Assembly (NCBI GenBank): GCA_049589035.1
Contig: JBAWAB010000142.1
Location: 1 to 43,599, forward strand
Length of the DNA: 43,599 nt
Reading direction: 5' to 3'
Source of the DNA: Salegentibacter sp.
Lineage (GTDB): Bacteria > Bacteroidota > Bacteroidia > Flavobacteriales > Flavobacteriaceae
The notes beneath the pieces are model-generated. The model worked only from the letters and a program-made list of their open reading frames with translations. It made no database searches and was not told the origin of the DNA. How positions within the stretch are numbered: position 1 is the stretch's first letter; every line of letters begins with the position of its first letter. Positions 9,012 through 19,009 of the stretch are shown here, piece after piece. Made by a program: the position numbers and the translations under genes.

Positions 9012-9647
9012 TTAGAAGTTAAGCTGATACACGGTATCCAGCTGAGAATCGTTACTCACATTCACCTCCAGGTCTTTCACTATTCCTGAACCTACGCCGT
9101 AAGCCCAGCCGTGAAGGTGCAGCTCCTGACCGCTATTCCAGGCGTTTTGCACTATGGAAGTCTTGGCCAGGTCAAAAACCTGTTCCTTGACGTTAATCTC
9201 CACAAAACGGTCCCAGCGTTCCTGCTCATCTTCAATAGAATCGAGCTCTTGCTTATTAAGCCTGTAAATATCCTTAATATGACGAATCCAGTTATCGATG
9301 ATCCCGATAGATTGATTGTTCATTGCCGCCTGAATTCCACCACAACCATAGTGGCCGCAAACGATCACGTGCTTCACCTTGAGCACATTCACAGCAAAAT
9401 CGAGCACACTTAGCATGTTCATATCACTATGCACCACCATGTTGGCAATATTCCGGTGCACAAAAACCTCGCCGGGCTGCGCACCAATGATCTCGTTGGC
9501 AGGGACACGGCTGTCGGCACAACCAATCCAGAGAAGTGGCGGCTGCTGTCCTTTTTCAAGTTTTTTAAAGTACTCAGGGTCGATAGCGAGTTTACTTTCT
9601 ACCCATCCCTTGTTGTTTTCAATTAGCTGTTCATAAAATCTGTCCAT
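9012..9647 (-). CDS. can: Beta-class carbonic anhydrase
   Basis: WIGCADSRV, HRNIAN and CGHYGCGG zinc-ligand motifs. Confidence 0.96.
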   Translation of the reverse strand: MDRFYEQLIENNKGWVESKLAIDPEYFKKLEKGQQPPLLWIGCADSRVPANEIIGAQPGEVFVHRNIANMVVHSDMNMLSVLDFAVNVLKVKHVIVCGHYGCGGIQAAMNNQSIGIIDNWIRHIKDIYRLNKQELDSIEDEQERWDRFVEINVKEQVFDLAKTSIVQNAWNSGQELHLHGWAYGVGSGIVKDLEVNVSNDSQLDTVYQLNF

Positions 9648-9677
9648 ATTCTGTTTTTTTAAGTTTTTAGAAGTTCA

Positions 9678-11240
9678 TTAAACCGGCATATCCAGACCAA
9701 AGTACCCGCGATAACTTTCGGGATTTAGGATTTCTCCTCTTTGCGACACTAATTTAATGGTAATATTACGATGTTTCGCTTTAATAGCAAACTCATCCAG
9801 GATTTCAAGAATATCATAATCCAGGACGCGGGTATTACTCACATCAAGCTCAAGATAAGCATTATCGGGAAGCGAGTGCAGCTCCCGAAGAATCGCGCCT
9901 TTGTTTAGAAAGGTCACCTCTTCAGCTAAAGTTATGCGGAATTTTCCTTCTTGGCTGTCATACCCTTCCTTATGGAGAAAATGCGAATTTTTATAGCTGT
10001 TGATGAGGATAACACTGATGCCAACGATGAGGCCAAGACCAATTCCGGTGAGAAGATCTGTAAAGACCACACCCGCAATGGTGATCACAAACGGCAGAAA
10101 TTGCGATTTCCCCAGTCGGAACATCTGCATGAAAAGTGCCGGCTTCGCAAGCTTGTATCCCACCAACAGCAGAATGGCCGCCAAAACGGCTAGCGGAATC
10201 GTGTTAAGTAAGGCAGGAATCGTAATGATCGAAAACAGGATCAAAAAGCCGTGAATAATAGCCGAAAGCTTTGTTCTTCCGCCTGATTGAGCATTCGCAG
10301 AACTCCGCACGATCACCTGGGTGATGGGAAGACCCCCAATGAGTCCTGAAACGATGTTTCCCGCACCCTGGGCAAAAAGCTCCCGGTTTGTAGGCGTAGA
10401 CCTCTTCAGCGGATCAATCTTATCTATAGCCTCAACACTGAGAAGAGTTTCCAAAGAGGCCACAACCGCAATAGTTGCCGCTACAATCCAGATATCCGGA
10501 TTGGCGATCTGTGAAAAATCAGGAAGGGTGAATTGGCCAAGAAAGGAGGAGAATCCGTCAGGTACCGGCACCGTCACTACCTGATTTTGGGCAATTCCAA
10601 AAACCTTTCCGGGAACGAACATATAGTATAAAATTCCGAAGGCCACTGCGACCAGGGAACCAGGAACAATGGTGAAGATCCGGTGTTTTTTAGACAAGAC
10701 CTTTTCCCACAAAAGTAGAATTCCGAGGGAAATCGCACTAATGATCACCGCTCCCGGTGAGATCATTTGTGTAAACATGGCGATGGAAGTGTAGATCCCT
10801 TCTCCCGGATCGTGTATGCTTGCAATTCCTTTTTCAAGTCCGAAGACATTGGGAATCTGCTGGATCAGAATAGTGATCCCGATCCCCGCCAGCATTCCCT
10901 TGATTACTGCGGAAGGAAAATAGTAACCAATGATCCCCGCCTTCAGCAGCCCGAGAATCAGTTGAATCCCTCCCGCCAGCACCACGGCCAGCAGAAAGCT
11001 TTCAAAGCTCCCAAGAGAGTGGATGGCTCCAAGAACGATGACCGCAAGGCCCGCGGCCGGGCCACTAACCCCAAGCGAGGAACCCGAAAGAGAACCTACC
11101 ACGACCCCGCCTACCATCCCGGCGATTAGCCCGGAAAAAAGAGGAGCACCACTAGCCAGGGCGATACCAAGGCACAAGGGCAAGGCCACAAAAAACACGA
11201 CAAGACTTGCCGGTATATCTTTATTTAGATGTTTAAACAT
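9678..11240 (-). CDS. SulP/SLC26 family anion transporter, probably bicarbonate
   Basis: VALPLCLGIALASG, GPAAGL, NRELFAQGAGN, VIVRSSAN; C-terminal STAS-like domain; adjacent to carbonic anhydrase. Confidence 0.93.
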   Translation of the reverse strand: MFKHLNKDIPASLVVFFVALPLCLGIALASGAPLFSGLIAGMVGGVVVGSLSGSSLGVSGPAAGLAVIVLGAIHSLGSFESFLLAVVLAGGIQLILGLLKAGIIGYYFPSAVIKGMLAGIGITILIQQIPNVFGLEKGIASIHDPGEGIYTSIAMFTQMISPGAVIISAISLGILLLWEKVLSKKHRIFTIVPGSLVAVAFGILYYMFVPGKVFGIAQNQVVTVPVPDGFSSFLGQFTLPDFSQIANPDIWIVAATIAVVASLETLLSVEAIDKIDPLKRSTPTNRELFAQGAGNIVSGLIGGLPITQVIVRSSANAQSGGRTKLSAIIHGFLILFSIITIPALLNTIPLAVLAAILLLVGYKLAKPALFMQMFRLGKSQFLPFVITIAGVVFTDLLTGIGLGLIVGISVILINSYKNSHFLHKEGYDSQEGKFRITLAEEVTFLNKGAILRELHSLPDNAYLELDVSNTRVLDYDILEILDEFAIKAKHRNITIKLVSQRGEILNPESYRGYFGLDMPV

Positions 11241-11451
11241 TATTATAATTTTTACAGGCTGTGCTGAAAAGAATTCAGTTCTCCCGCAACTTCAGTCTGG
11301 CAGCGTTTCTTTTTACTGCATGCTGAAATTGGGCTTTTCAGAAGCCTTTGATTTTTTTAAAATTGAATTGAGGAAACAAGAGCGTAGCCCTGCAGATACA
11401 GCAAAGCCTTCACCCCGAAAGGCGTAAAAATGTTCCCGAAAATTGAAAGTA

Positions 11452-11733
11452 TTATGCCTGTTTAGGAGGCGGAGAGATCACGTCAAGAAAGACGGGACGG
11501 TAATTATCGAGGTATTGATGAAGATCGTCTTGCTGCTCCTTCAAAAAACGAATACTTTCGTAATTGGAGTGCAGCTCTTTTAGATCGAATTCAAACGCTA
11601 TCTTTTCCTTCGACTTTTCCTCTTCATCAATAGCAAAAACTATAGATGCCTTGTCGTCCACAAGGGCGACAATGGTCGGCAGCGCTATAACAGCCATGAA
11701 GATAAAAGTCAGGATATAAGCGAATTTTTTCAT
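11452..11733 (-). CDS. Small signal-anchored protein with C-terminal SPPP; candidate regulatory leader
   Basis: N-terminal hydrophobic helix, acidic DEEEK patch, ends DVISPPPKQA. Confidence 0.75.
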   Translation of the reverse strand: MKKFAYILTFIFMAVIALPTIVALVDDKASIVFAIDEEEKSKEKIAFEFDLKELHSNYESIRFLKEQQDDLHQYLDNYRPVFLDVISPPPKQA

Positions 11734-11811
11734 CGCCGCGAAAATAGGTAAAATTAAATCTGCCTGAAAGTCAGCGCCGATTCTTTATGAAAAGATACCT
11801 ATAAAATTTTT

Positions 11812-12567
11812 CTATAACTCTTTTAGATTATCTTCCCGGGTCCAGCCCTGGCTACCATCGGCCAGTTCGATCTTGACCCAGCCCTGGTAATCTTCAAGGA
11901 CCTTGGCGCGGGTGCCTTCGTGTAACATAAAAGCTTCATCACCCCTCATGCTAGGTTCGCTTCGCACTTCAGCTTCTTCGCTAAAGATGATTGCATACTT
12001 ATTATTCATCTGAATATCCTGCTGCTCATAGGCAAAAAAGACACAGGCTACCGTACAAAGAAAGGCCAGGCCAGCCCCGGCAAAGAAGAGTCTTTTGGCC
12101 AGCGTTCTTCCGGAGAAATAATAGAGAAGAAACAAGATGACAAACAGCACGCTGCCAAAAACGGCTAATGCAGCCCAGGTATCGAATGTAAAAGTTGAAA
12201 TTAGCCCATTGATGGTCTTGCTGAAGCCGGTTTTCTCATTTTCGGGAATATCATCGAGGGTCATATTACGCGCAAACTGTATGTTATTCTGAATATCTTC
12301 ATCATGAGGCTTTAGCTGCAGAGCTTTTTCATAATTGTAAATGCTGGGCGCAATATGGTTGAGCTTGTAGTGCGCATTCCCAAGGTTGTAATAAACCTCG
12401 GCCGAAGCTTCTCCGTTAGCGATGATCTGCTGGTATTTTTCAATCGCCTTTTCGTAATTCCCTTTTGTATAGGCCGCATTGGCGTCCTGAAAGAGGCTCT
12501 CATTTTGCCCAAAAACAGCGACCGAGAACAGAAGAAATGTATAAAATAAGATCTTTTTCATCATCAT
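11812..12567 (-). CDS. batE: BatE, TPR + SH3-like domain protein
   Basis: Signal peptide, TPRs (YYNLGNAHYK), two TMs, C-terminal LHEGT..W...GW; start moved to the ATG overlapping the batD stop. Confidence 0.88.
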   Translation of the reverse strand: MMMKKILFYTFLLFSVAVFGQNESLFQDANAAYTKGNYEKAIEKYQQIIANGEASAEVYYNLGNAHYKLNHIAPSIYNYEKALQLKPHDEDIQNNIQFARNMTLDDIPENEKTGFSKTINGLISTFTFDTWAALAVFGSVLFVILFLLYYFSGRTLAKRLFFAGAGLAFLCTVACVFFAYEQQDIQMNNKYAIIFSEEAEVRSEPSMRGDEAFMLHEGTRAKVLEDYQGWVKIELADGSQGWTREDNLKEL

Positions 12568-14330
12568 AACTGTTTGTCCAGAGTTGAAATCACACGTACG
12601 GCTTTTTCGTAATCCTGTTTCATAGTAGCCATGGAAGCCGGCGTATACCGGGCAAATTCGCAACTTTCCAGCAGGCTTAGGAAATCGGCAATGCTGGTCT
12701 CATCCACATTTCGCTCCTGAAGAATCCCGCGAATCCGGTCTTTGCTCATTTCGGAAGTTTGGATGTGCAGCTTCGCTTTCAGGTAATTATGCATTGCCCT
12801 TTCCAGAGCCACATAAAAAGCACCCTGATCTCCGAGATTCTTTTTAGCTTCTGAAAGATACTTTCTCGCAAGCTTATCAGCTTTTCTGCTGCGGTTGCCC
12901 TGCACATCATTGGCCAGGGCTTCACGTTTTCTTCCGAAGGCAATTGCAAGTGGAATAGCCAGCAAAGGCAGGAAGAGCGAACTCCAGAAAGGCCAGCTCC
13001 TGAAAAAGGTATCGTGCTGAATGGGCTGCAGATCGGTTTCGGGCTTTATAAAACGGAATTGTTCTGCGGAAAAATCAGGCTTTTGAGTCGTGGTTCCCGA
13101 AGTGCCGGAATTCGACGCTACAGGCGTGCTCACTGGACCGTTCTCCACATCAATGAGGATCTCGTCGGAATTGATGGTTTTGTAAGATTCTGACTTGGTA
13201 TCGAAATACGAGAAATTAAGGGCCGGAATAGGATATTTTCCCTTCCTGGTGGGCACGATCGTGTAATTCTCACTAATACTGCCCTGCATTCCATCAAGGG
13301 TGGTGCGAACATTTTCCTTTCTTTCAGGCTCATACATCTCCAGCGAACTGGGTGCGGTAAGCGTGGGCAAATCGAACAATTTCAGGTTTCCATTTCCTTT
13401 TGCTTCCACCGTGGCAGTAAGGGATTCCCCTGCATCCAGCTGCGTTTTGCTGGCCTTCACACTAAAATCAAAATTCCCCACTGCTCCGGAGAAATCGGCG
13501 GGTTTTCCTTCGGTTGGCAGCGGCTTTACCTCAATGGTCTTATTGCCGGCAGCCACGGTTTTGTTCACCGTTTGATAGATTCTGCTGCCAAAGATGTCCC
13601 GTCTTTCTCCCGGGACGTCTACAGACACCGAAAGCGTAAGGGGCTCAATATCGAGTTTCCCCGTTTTTTGAGGATAAAGGATGGTTTTGCGCAATACCAC
13701 GTAGCGGTAAGGCTCTCCCTCATATTGGCCATTTTCGACCCGAAGTTGCTTGATGTCTATATTCTGACTCCAGAAATCGGTAAATTTCGGGTTGTCCATT
13801 TCCCGCCAGTTGCTCACGCTAATGCGCGGACTCACATAAAGCTTGTACACCACCGTAATGGCTTCGTTCAGGTAAGGGTTGGTATTGGAGATCTCGGCTA
13901 CAAGGTGCAGATTTTCAGAAGCCAGAACATCGCTGTCGTTACCGCCGGTTGGTTTGTCTACGGCCGCGGTGACCTCAACATCTATGGGCACCGTTTTGTA
14001 AACTTTTCCGTCAATGGTGATCTCTGCCTGCCCAATAGTGTGTTTTCCACGGGATTCAGGCTGAAGAAAGTAACTGTAAGTCTTGGAATAGGTGCTTTTC
14101 CCGTTGATCCAGCTGTTACTTACAGCCTGGTTGGGACCTCCTACCACCGTAAATCCGGAAAATGAAGGTGGCTTGAAGTTATCACCGTCCTCGTTCATTT
14201 CGAAATCTACGCGCAGGCGTTCGTTAATTCCCAGCTTTTCCTTGCTCACGCTGGCTTCGAATTTCACCTGCGCCTTGGCCATTCCGGCCACGAACAAAAA
14301 CAAACTTAATACTGCAATTTTAATCTTCAT
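12564..14330 (-). CDS. batD: BatD family protein
   Basis: Signal peptide, beta-rich domains (GGPNQ, FSGAVG), C-terminal TM and CEFARY. Confidence 0.9.
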   Translation of the reverse strand: MKIKIAVLSLFLFVAGMAKAQVKFEASVSKEKLGINERLRVDFEMNEDGDNFKPPSFSGFTVVGGPNQAVSNSWINGKSTYSKTYSYFLQPESRGKHTIGQAEITIDGKVYKTVPIDVEVTAAVDKPTGGNDSDVLASENLHLVAEISNTNPYLNEAITVVYKLYVSPRISVSNWREMDNPKFTDFWSQNIDIKQLRVENGQYEGEPYRYVVLRKTILYPQKTGKLDIEPLTLSVSVDVPGERRDIFGSRIYQTVNKTVAAGNKTIEVKPLPTEGKPADFSGAVGNFDFSVKASKTQLDAGESLTATVEAKGNGNLKLFDLPTLTAPSSLEMYEPERKENVRTTLDGMQGSISENYTIVPTRKGKYPIPALNFSYFDTKSESYKTINSDEILIDVENGPVSTPVASNSGTSGTTTQKPDFSAEQFRFIKPETDLQPIQHDTFFRSWPFWSSLFLPLLAIPLAIAFGRKREALANDVQGNRSRKADKLARKYLSEAKKNLGDQGAFYVALERAMHNYLKAKLHIQTSEMSKDRIRGILQERNVDETSIADFLSLLESCEFARYTPASMATMKQDYEKAVRVISTLDKQL

Positions 14331-14366
14331 TTTGATCCTCCTTATTAGGATATTCTTTCATTGATG

Positions 14367-15251
14367 TTACCAGTCTTTTTCTGATCTTACTTTAGCACCT
14401 TTGGCTTTTTTGGCGTTCACCTTGTCCTGCACCTTCTTCTCCTCATTGTTCATGGCCTCCAGCAGACTCTTTATCTGCTGCTGAGACAGCTGCCCCTGCA
14501 CAGGCTGCGGTTGCTTTTGCTGATCTTTGTCGCCTTCCTCTTTCTTCTCCTGATTTCCTTTATTCTGATCCTGATCCTTCTTCTCCTGGTCCCCTTTTTT
14601 CTGATCTTTTTTATCCTTGTCTCCCTGGTTTTGATCTTGCTTATCCTGATCTTTCTTGTTATCGCCCTGGTCTTTTTTATCCTTGTCGCTGTCGCCTTGC
14701 TTATTCTGATCCTTTTTATCTTTATTATCCTTGTTGTCCTTATTGTCTTTGTTCTTATCCTGATTTTTCTGCTGCTGCTCAAGCATTTTCTTGGCTAGCG
14801 CATAATTATACCGGGTCTCATCATCGGTAGGATCATTTCTCAAGGCATTCTTGTAAGCTTCAACGGCTCCTTTATAATTTTTTTCTTTCATAAAAGAATT
14901 ACCAAGATTATGAAAGATCTTGTGCTTTTCTTCTTTGGTCCCCGCAACTTTGGCGGCCTGCTTCAATCGTTCTCCTGCTTCAGAAGCTTTCTCTTTGTTG
15001 TAATAGAGATTCCCCATATTATAGCGTGCAACGGTATTCGAAGGATCTATCGCCACCGCCTTGCGGTAGGAAGCTTCAGCCGTGGCAAAATCATTTTCAG
15101 CCATCGCTTCTTTGGCCTTCCGCAGCAGCTCCTGTGCTTCTTTCTGTTTCTTTTCAGGTTTATCCTGCTGCGCCATAGCGGGGATGGCTGCAAACAATAG
15201 CAATACCAGCAGGCTAGAAACGTATTTTTTATTAAGAAAATCAGCTTTCAT
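14367..15251 (-). CDS. batC: BatC, TPR protein with D/K/Q-rich linker
   Basis: TPRs (HNLGNSF, YKNALRNDPTDDETRYNYALA), low-complexity linker, C-terminal EKDW. Confidence 0.88.
   Translation of the reverse strand: MKADFLNKKYVSSLLVLLLFAAIPAMAQQDKPEKKQKEAQELLRKAKEAMAENDFATAEASYRKAVAIDPSNTVARYNMGNLYYNKEKASEAGERLKQAAKVAGTKEEKHKIFHNLGNSFMKEKNYKGAVEAYKNALRNDPTDDETRYNYALAKKMLEQQQKNQDKNKDNKDNKDNKDKKDQNKQGDSDKDKKDQGDNKKDQDKQDQNQGDKDKKDQKKGDQEKKDQDQNKGNQEKKEEGDKDQQKQPQPVQGQLSQQQIKSLLEAMNNEEKKVQDKVNAKKAKGAKVRSEKDW
14510..14780 (-). repeat. Low-complexity coding repeat (DNK/DKK/DQ) in batC
   Basis: Translation DKNKDNKDNKDNKDKKDQ... Confidence 0.8.
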
Positions 15252-16302
15252 CTACTTCTCCTTTTTTCTTTTTCTCGTTAAACAGGTTAAGTTTTTTCAC
15301 CCATTCCGTTTTTCTTTCCAGTAAGAAGATGTCCAAAAATAACAACAAAAGGCCTAATCCCAGGAACCACTGAAACTGCGATTTATAATCGGCGAATTCC
15401 TTGGCCTCATATTCGGTTTTCTCGATATGCTGCAGGGCATCTTTTACCTTGTCTACCACATTAGAAGTTACATTTCCTTTTATGTACTCCCCATCTGTGG
15501 CCGAAGCGATGTCCTTCAGGGTTTGCGGATCTAACTTCGTAATCACCGTTTCTCCCTGGTTGTCCTTTTTATAATTCAGGACTACCCCATTTCGTTTAAT
15601 AGGAATAGGGCCTCCTTTTTCGGTTCCCACTCCAATGGTAAAGATCTTAATTCCTTTTTTGGCCGCTTCCTCAGCAATAGATTCCACATTTCCTTCGTGA
15701 TCTTCACCATCGCTTATCACGAACAACACCCTGTTGGTCTGCTGCTCATCATCATAAAAGGTCGTCGCCAGGTCAATCGCATCACTGATGGCTGTTCCCT
15801 GCGAGCTCACCATGTCGGTATTGAGCGCCTGCAAAAACATTTTAGCCGAAGCATAATCGGTGGTGATCGGTAGCTGCGGAAAAGCACTTCCTGCATAGGC
15901 GATAATTCCCACGCGATCGCCTGCCAGGTTATTAACGATCTGCCTTACCAGTTGTTTGGCTTTCTCAAGGCGGTTGGGGGCAATATCTTCAGCCTCCATA
16001 CTTTTGGAAACATCTATCGCAAAAACAATATCAACTCCTTGTCTTTTAACTGTTTCCAATTTTGTGCCAATCTTAGGATTTACCAGTGCAATTACAAGGG
16101 CGGTAAGAGCCAGTAAAAAGAAAATGATCTTTACTGTGGGTTTAAAGGAAGATCGGTTGGGGGTGAGAAAGGAAAACATGCCAGCCCCGGCAAATTTCCT
16201 TCGCGTACGTCTTTGCCACAGCAACAAAATCACGTAGAACAATAGCACCACGGGAATGGCGAGCAGCAACCAAAAATATATTTTCTCTTCTAATATGTAC
16301 AT
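15241..16302 (-). CDS. batB: BatB, VWA domain protein
   Basis: MIDAS DVSKS, SDGEDH, N- and C-terminal TMs. Confidence 0.9.
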   Translation of the reverse strand: MYILEEKIYFWLLLAIPVVLLFYVILLLWQRRTRRKFAGAGMFSFLTPNRSSFKPTVKIIFFLLALTALVIALVNPKIGTKLETVKRQGVDIVFAIDVSKSMEAEDIAPNRLEKAKQLVRQIVNNLAGDRVGIIAYAGSAFPQLPITTDYASAKMFLQALNTDMVSSQGTAISDAIDLATTFYDDEQQTNRVLFVISDGEDHEGNVESIAEEAAKKGIKIFTIGVGTEKGGPIPIKRNGVVLNYKKDNQGETVITKLDPQTLKDIASATDGEYIKGNVTSNVVDKVKDALQHIEKTEYEAKEFADYKSQFQWFLGLGLLLLFLDIFLLERKTEWVKKLNLFNEKKKKGEVDES

Positions 16303-16331
16303 TCTTCAGTCGATATTCAAAAGGTTCGGCT

Positions 16332-17336
16332 TTAAATAAAGCTTCGGAAAAGAGTGTATCTCAGCAAAATCTCGAAGAACAGTAATCCGAAGGCTAAAAG
16401 TGCCAGTGGCCGGTATTCTTCGTCGTAATTATAATATTTGAACTCTTCTATTTTCGTTTTTTCAAGGGAATCGATCTCCTTATAGATCTCTTTTAGTTTT
16501 TCATTATCGGTGGCTCTAAAGTATTTCCCGCCGGTTTCCTTCGCGATCTGTTTCAACAGATCCTCATCGATCTCCACCTGCACATTCCCGTATTGGATTC
16601 TGCCGTTAGGCAATACTGCCACTGGTGAAAGCGCCATTCCATTGCTCCCCACGCCAATGGTATACACTTTTATGCCGAATTCCACGGCCAGTTCGCTGGC
16701 GATCTTTGGATCAATAAACCCGGAATTATTCACCCCATCGGTGAGCAGGATGATTACCTTGCTTTTGGCTTTGCTGTCCTTTAGCCGGTTCACAGCAGTC
16801 GCCAGGCCAGAGCCAATGGCAGTTCCGCTTTGAAGAACATTGGTATATTTTATGTCGTGCAGGGAATTCAGCACTATTCGCTTATCGCTGGTAATGGGCG
16901 TTTTAGTGAAACTTTCTCCGGCATAGACCACGAGGCCAATCCGGTCGTTAGGCCGGCCTTTTATAAAGTCAGACCCCACCTCCTTCAATGCATCCAGGCG
17001 GTCGGGCTTGAGGTCGCGGGCCAGCATACTCGCTGAAACATCTATGGCCATCACAATATCTATCCCACGCGTACTGCTGGTTTTGGTCGAAACATCAACC
17101 GTTCTGGGCCTGGCCATCGCAGTGATGATCAAAGCCAGGGCAATTAGCCTCAGCACGAATAACACAGGTTTTATTCGGGCCAACAGACTTCCTTTCGCTT
17201 TAAATCCTTTGATACTCGAAATGCGAAGTTCGGCGGTTTGCCTGTTGCGCTTCCAGAAATACCAGGCGATTGCCAAGGGCAGCAGCAGTAACAGCCAGAA
17301 AAATTCGGGATTTTCGAAAGTGAAATTCGCAAACAT
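16332..17336 (-). CDS. batA: BatA, VWA domain protein
   Basis: MIDAS DVSAS, GTAIG, LLTDG, GGKYFRA. Confidence 0.92.
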   Translation of the reverse strand: MFANFTFENPEFFWLLLLLPLAIAWYFWKRNRQTAELRISSIKGFKAKGSLLARIKPVLFVLRLIALALIITAMARPRTVDVSTKTSSTRGIDIVMAIDVSASMLARDLKPDRLDALKEVGSDFIKGRPNDRIGLVVYAGESFTKTPITSDKRIVLNSLHDIKYTNVLQSGTAIGSGLATAVNRLKDSKAKSKVIILLTDGVNNSGFIDPKIASELAVEFGIKVYTIGVGSNGMALSPVAVLPNGRIQYGNVQVEIDEDLLKQIAKETGGKYFRATDNEKLKEIYKEIDSLEKTKIEEFKYYNYDEEYRPLALLAFGLLFFEILLRYTLFRSFI

Positions 17337-19000
17337 CAGCTATTCAGGTTTAAAAGTTCTACAGAATCTATAATTCGCTGGGCGATCTCTTGGGCTGAAT
17401 CATCTCCTTCGCTATAGATGACGATCACCTGTTCGTAACCATTATTTTCAGCGAAATTCAGGATCACGTACTTATTCTTAATAAGCTTATTGGTCACCGG
17501 ACTTTTCACTTCAAGCGTTCCGAAGACTTTGATACCTTTGGCTCCATTGAGCGTGGTGAAATCCTCCTGCTTCATCACAATATTCTTCGCGCCCTGCTGT
17601 TCCAGGTAATTGTAAATTCCGTCTACCGCCTTGTCTAATTTAAAATTCACCTTCCCCTGAAATTTGATGGTATTCACCACCGTATAAAAATTGCTGATAA
17701 GGCTGCCGTACATAAAGGTCTCGCTGTCGGCAAGATTGGTGTTCTTTACCTCGGGATTTGCCATCTCCCCGCGTTTCAGCACTTCGGGCGTGGTGACTGC
17801 CACAGGTGGATTTCCATATTCGCTGCGGATCCAATCTCCTTCTAAAAGTTCCTTGGTTGGATGACCAAGAAAACTGTCTTTTAAGTAGGTCATGCCTTTG
17901 GTCGCCATTAGAGAGCCCACAACCACAACGAGAACCAGAGCTCCCACAATTGACCAGGCGAGGATGCGCTTTCGTTTGCGCTTCTTCGCTGCCGCCTCGC
18001 GGTAGGCTTCATCTCTCAACAATTCTTCTTCAGTAGGCTCCGGAATAGAGGTTTTCACATCATTGATCACGTGTTCTACCTTGCTGCGGTCTCCCTTAGC
18101 AGTGATCACATCAGGCCGGGAATTGGCAAATTTCGCCAGGTCGGCACGTTGCAAGACCAGCTGAAGGTCCTGAATGGTATTTTCATCTAAACGAATCTTC
18201 CCATTACTCCTGCTCGCTTCAAGAAAAGCGATCAATTCGGCAGTAGTGCTTTCCAGCGCTCGGTCATAAACCTCCCGATCCAGGTATCTCCTTACCGAAT
18301 CGGTGAGTCGGGAATAATATTCCTTAATTTCCCTTCGCTCCAGCAAGGGCGAATTGTCAAGTGAATTTAAGGCTGTAATAGCCTCTTCATAAGGGGGCAA
18401 TTCTTTCGCGGCTTCCTCTTTTTTCTTTTTTCTCCGGAAGAAAAAGAAGACAACGGCAATAAGTACCAAAGCTCCCAACAACCACCAGATCCAGCCCGGA
18501 ATGGTAAACCTGTCTGGGATATCTACCGAAGCTTTGATGGGATACATCTTCTGCTTTGTTGTGTCCACAGCCACGGTAGCAACTTCCACCGGGATAGAGT
18601 CGGTTAAAAATTGCCGGCTGTTTACCAAAACCTTTTGCTGCGGAATTACATATTTTCCTGAGTCGAACTGTGTAAGAGCGTACTCCTTGAGCAGCCGAAA
18701 ACGGTCCTGAACTCTGGTGGTGTCGGTTTTATGGGATTCGACCACTTCCAGAGGAGAAAAGGAATTTTCCGGAAAAACTACCAGGTCGCTGGAATCGGTC
18801 TCTACCGAAATATAATAGTTTAGTTGTTCTCCAATCTTTATCTGGGTAGAATCAACAGTAGCATTCACTTGAGGTTGCTGGGCCCGAAGCAAAGGGGAGA
18901 CAAAGAGCAGTAGGATTAAGAGAAAGGCTGTTGTTATTTTTCCAGTATACAATCTTTGAGATAATTTCAATCTGAACGGTGCCGATAATTCTTTTTTCAT
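17336..19000 (-). CDS. Bat-operon membrane protein (N-terminal Ig-like domain, two TMs)
   Basis: Signal peptide; VDSTQIKIGEQ; KEYYSRLTDSVRRYL; ADLAKFA; located between DUF58 and batA. Confidence 0.8.
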   Translation of the reverse strand: MKKELSAPFRLKLSQRLYTGKITTAFLLILLLFVSPLLRAQQPQVNATVDSTQIKIGEQLNYYISVETDSSDLVVFPENSFSPLEVVESHKTDTTRVQDRFRLLKEYALTQFDSGKYVIPQQKVLVNSRQFLTDSIPVEVATVAVDTTKQKMYPIKASVDIPDRFTIPGWIWWLLGALVLIAVVFFFFRRKKKKEEAAKELPPYEEAITALNSLDNSPLLERREIKEYYSRLTDSVRRYLDREVYDRALESTTAELIAFLEASRSNGKIRLDENTIQDLQLVLQRADLAKFANSRPDVITAKGDRSKVEHVINDVKTSIPEPTEEELLRDEAYREAAAKKRKRKRILAWSIVGALVLVVVVGSLMATKGMTYLKDSFLGHPTKELLEGDWIRSEYGNPPVAVTTPEVLKRGEMANPEVKNTNLADSETFMYGSLISNFYTVVNTIKFQGKVNFKLDKAVDGIYNYLEQQGAKNIVMKQEDFTTLNGAKGIKVFGTLEVKSPVTNKLIKNKYVILNFAENNGYEQVIVIYSEGDDSAQEIAQRIIDSVELLNLNS

Positions 19001-19009
19001 CTTGACTCC

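Noticed and set aside
11023..11427. 134-aa Pro/Ala-rich ORF and other antisense ORFs within well-supported genes
   Set aside because: Antisense overlap with conserved genes; no independent signals
12568..12663. Long batE/batD overlap implied by the ORF track
   Set aside because: The ATG at 12567 gives a normal signal peptide and a 4-nt ATGA overlap
14511..14798. Extremely hydrophobic 95-aa ORF, and the R/I/K-rich ORF 14471-14782
   Set aside because: Antisense and alternate-frame shadows of the batC low-complexity linker
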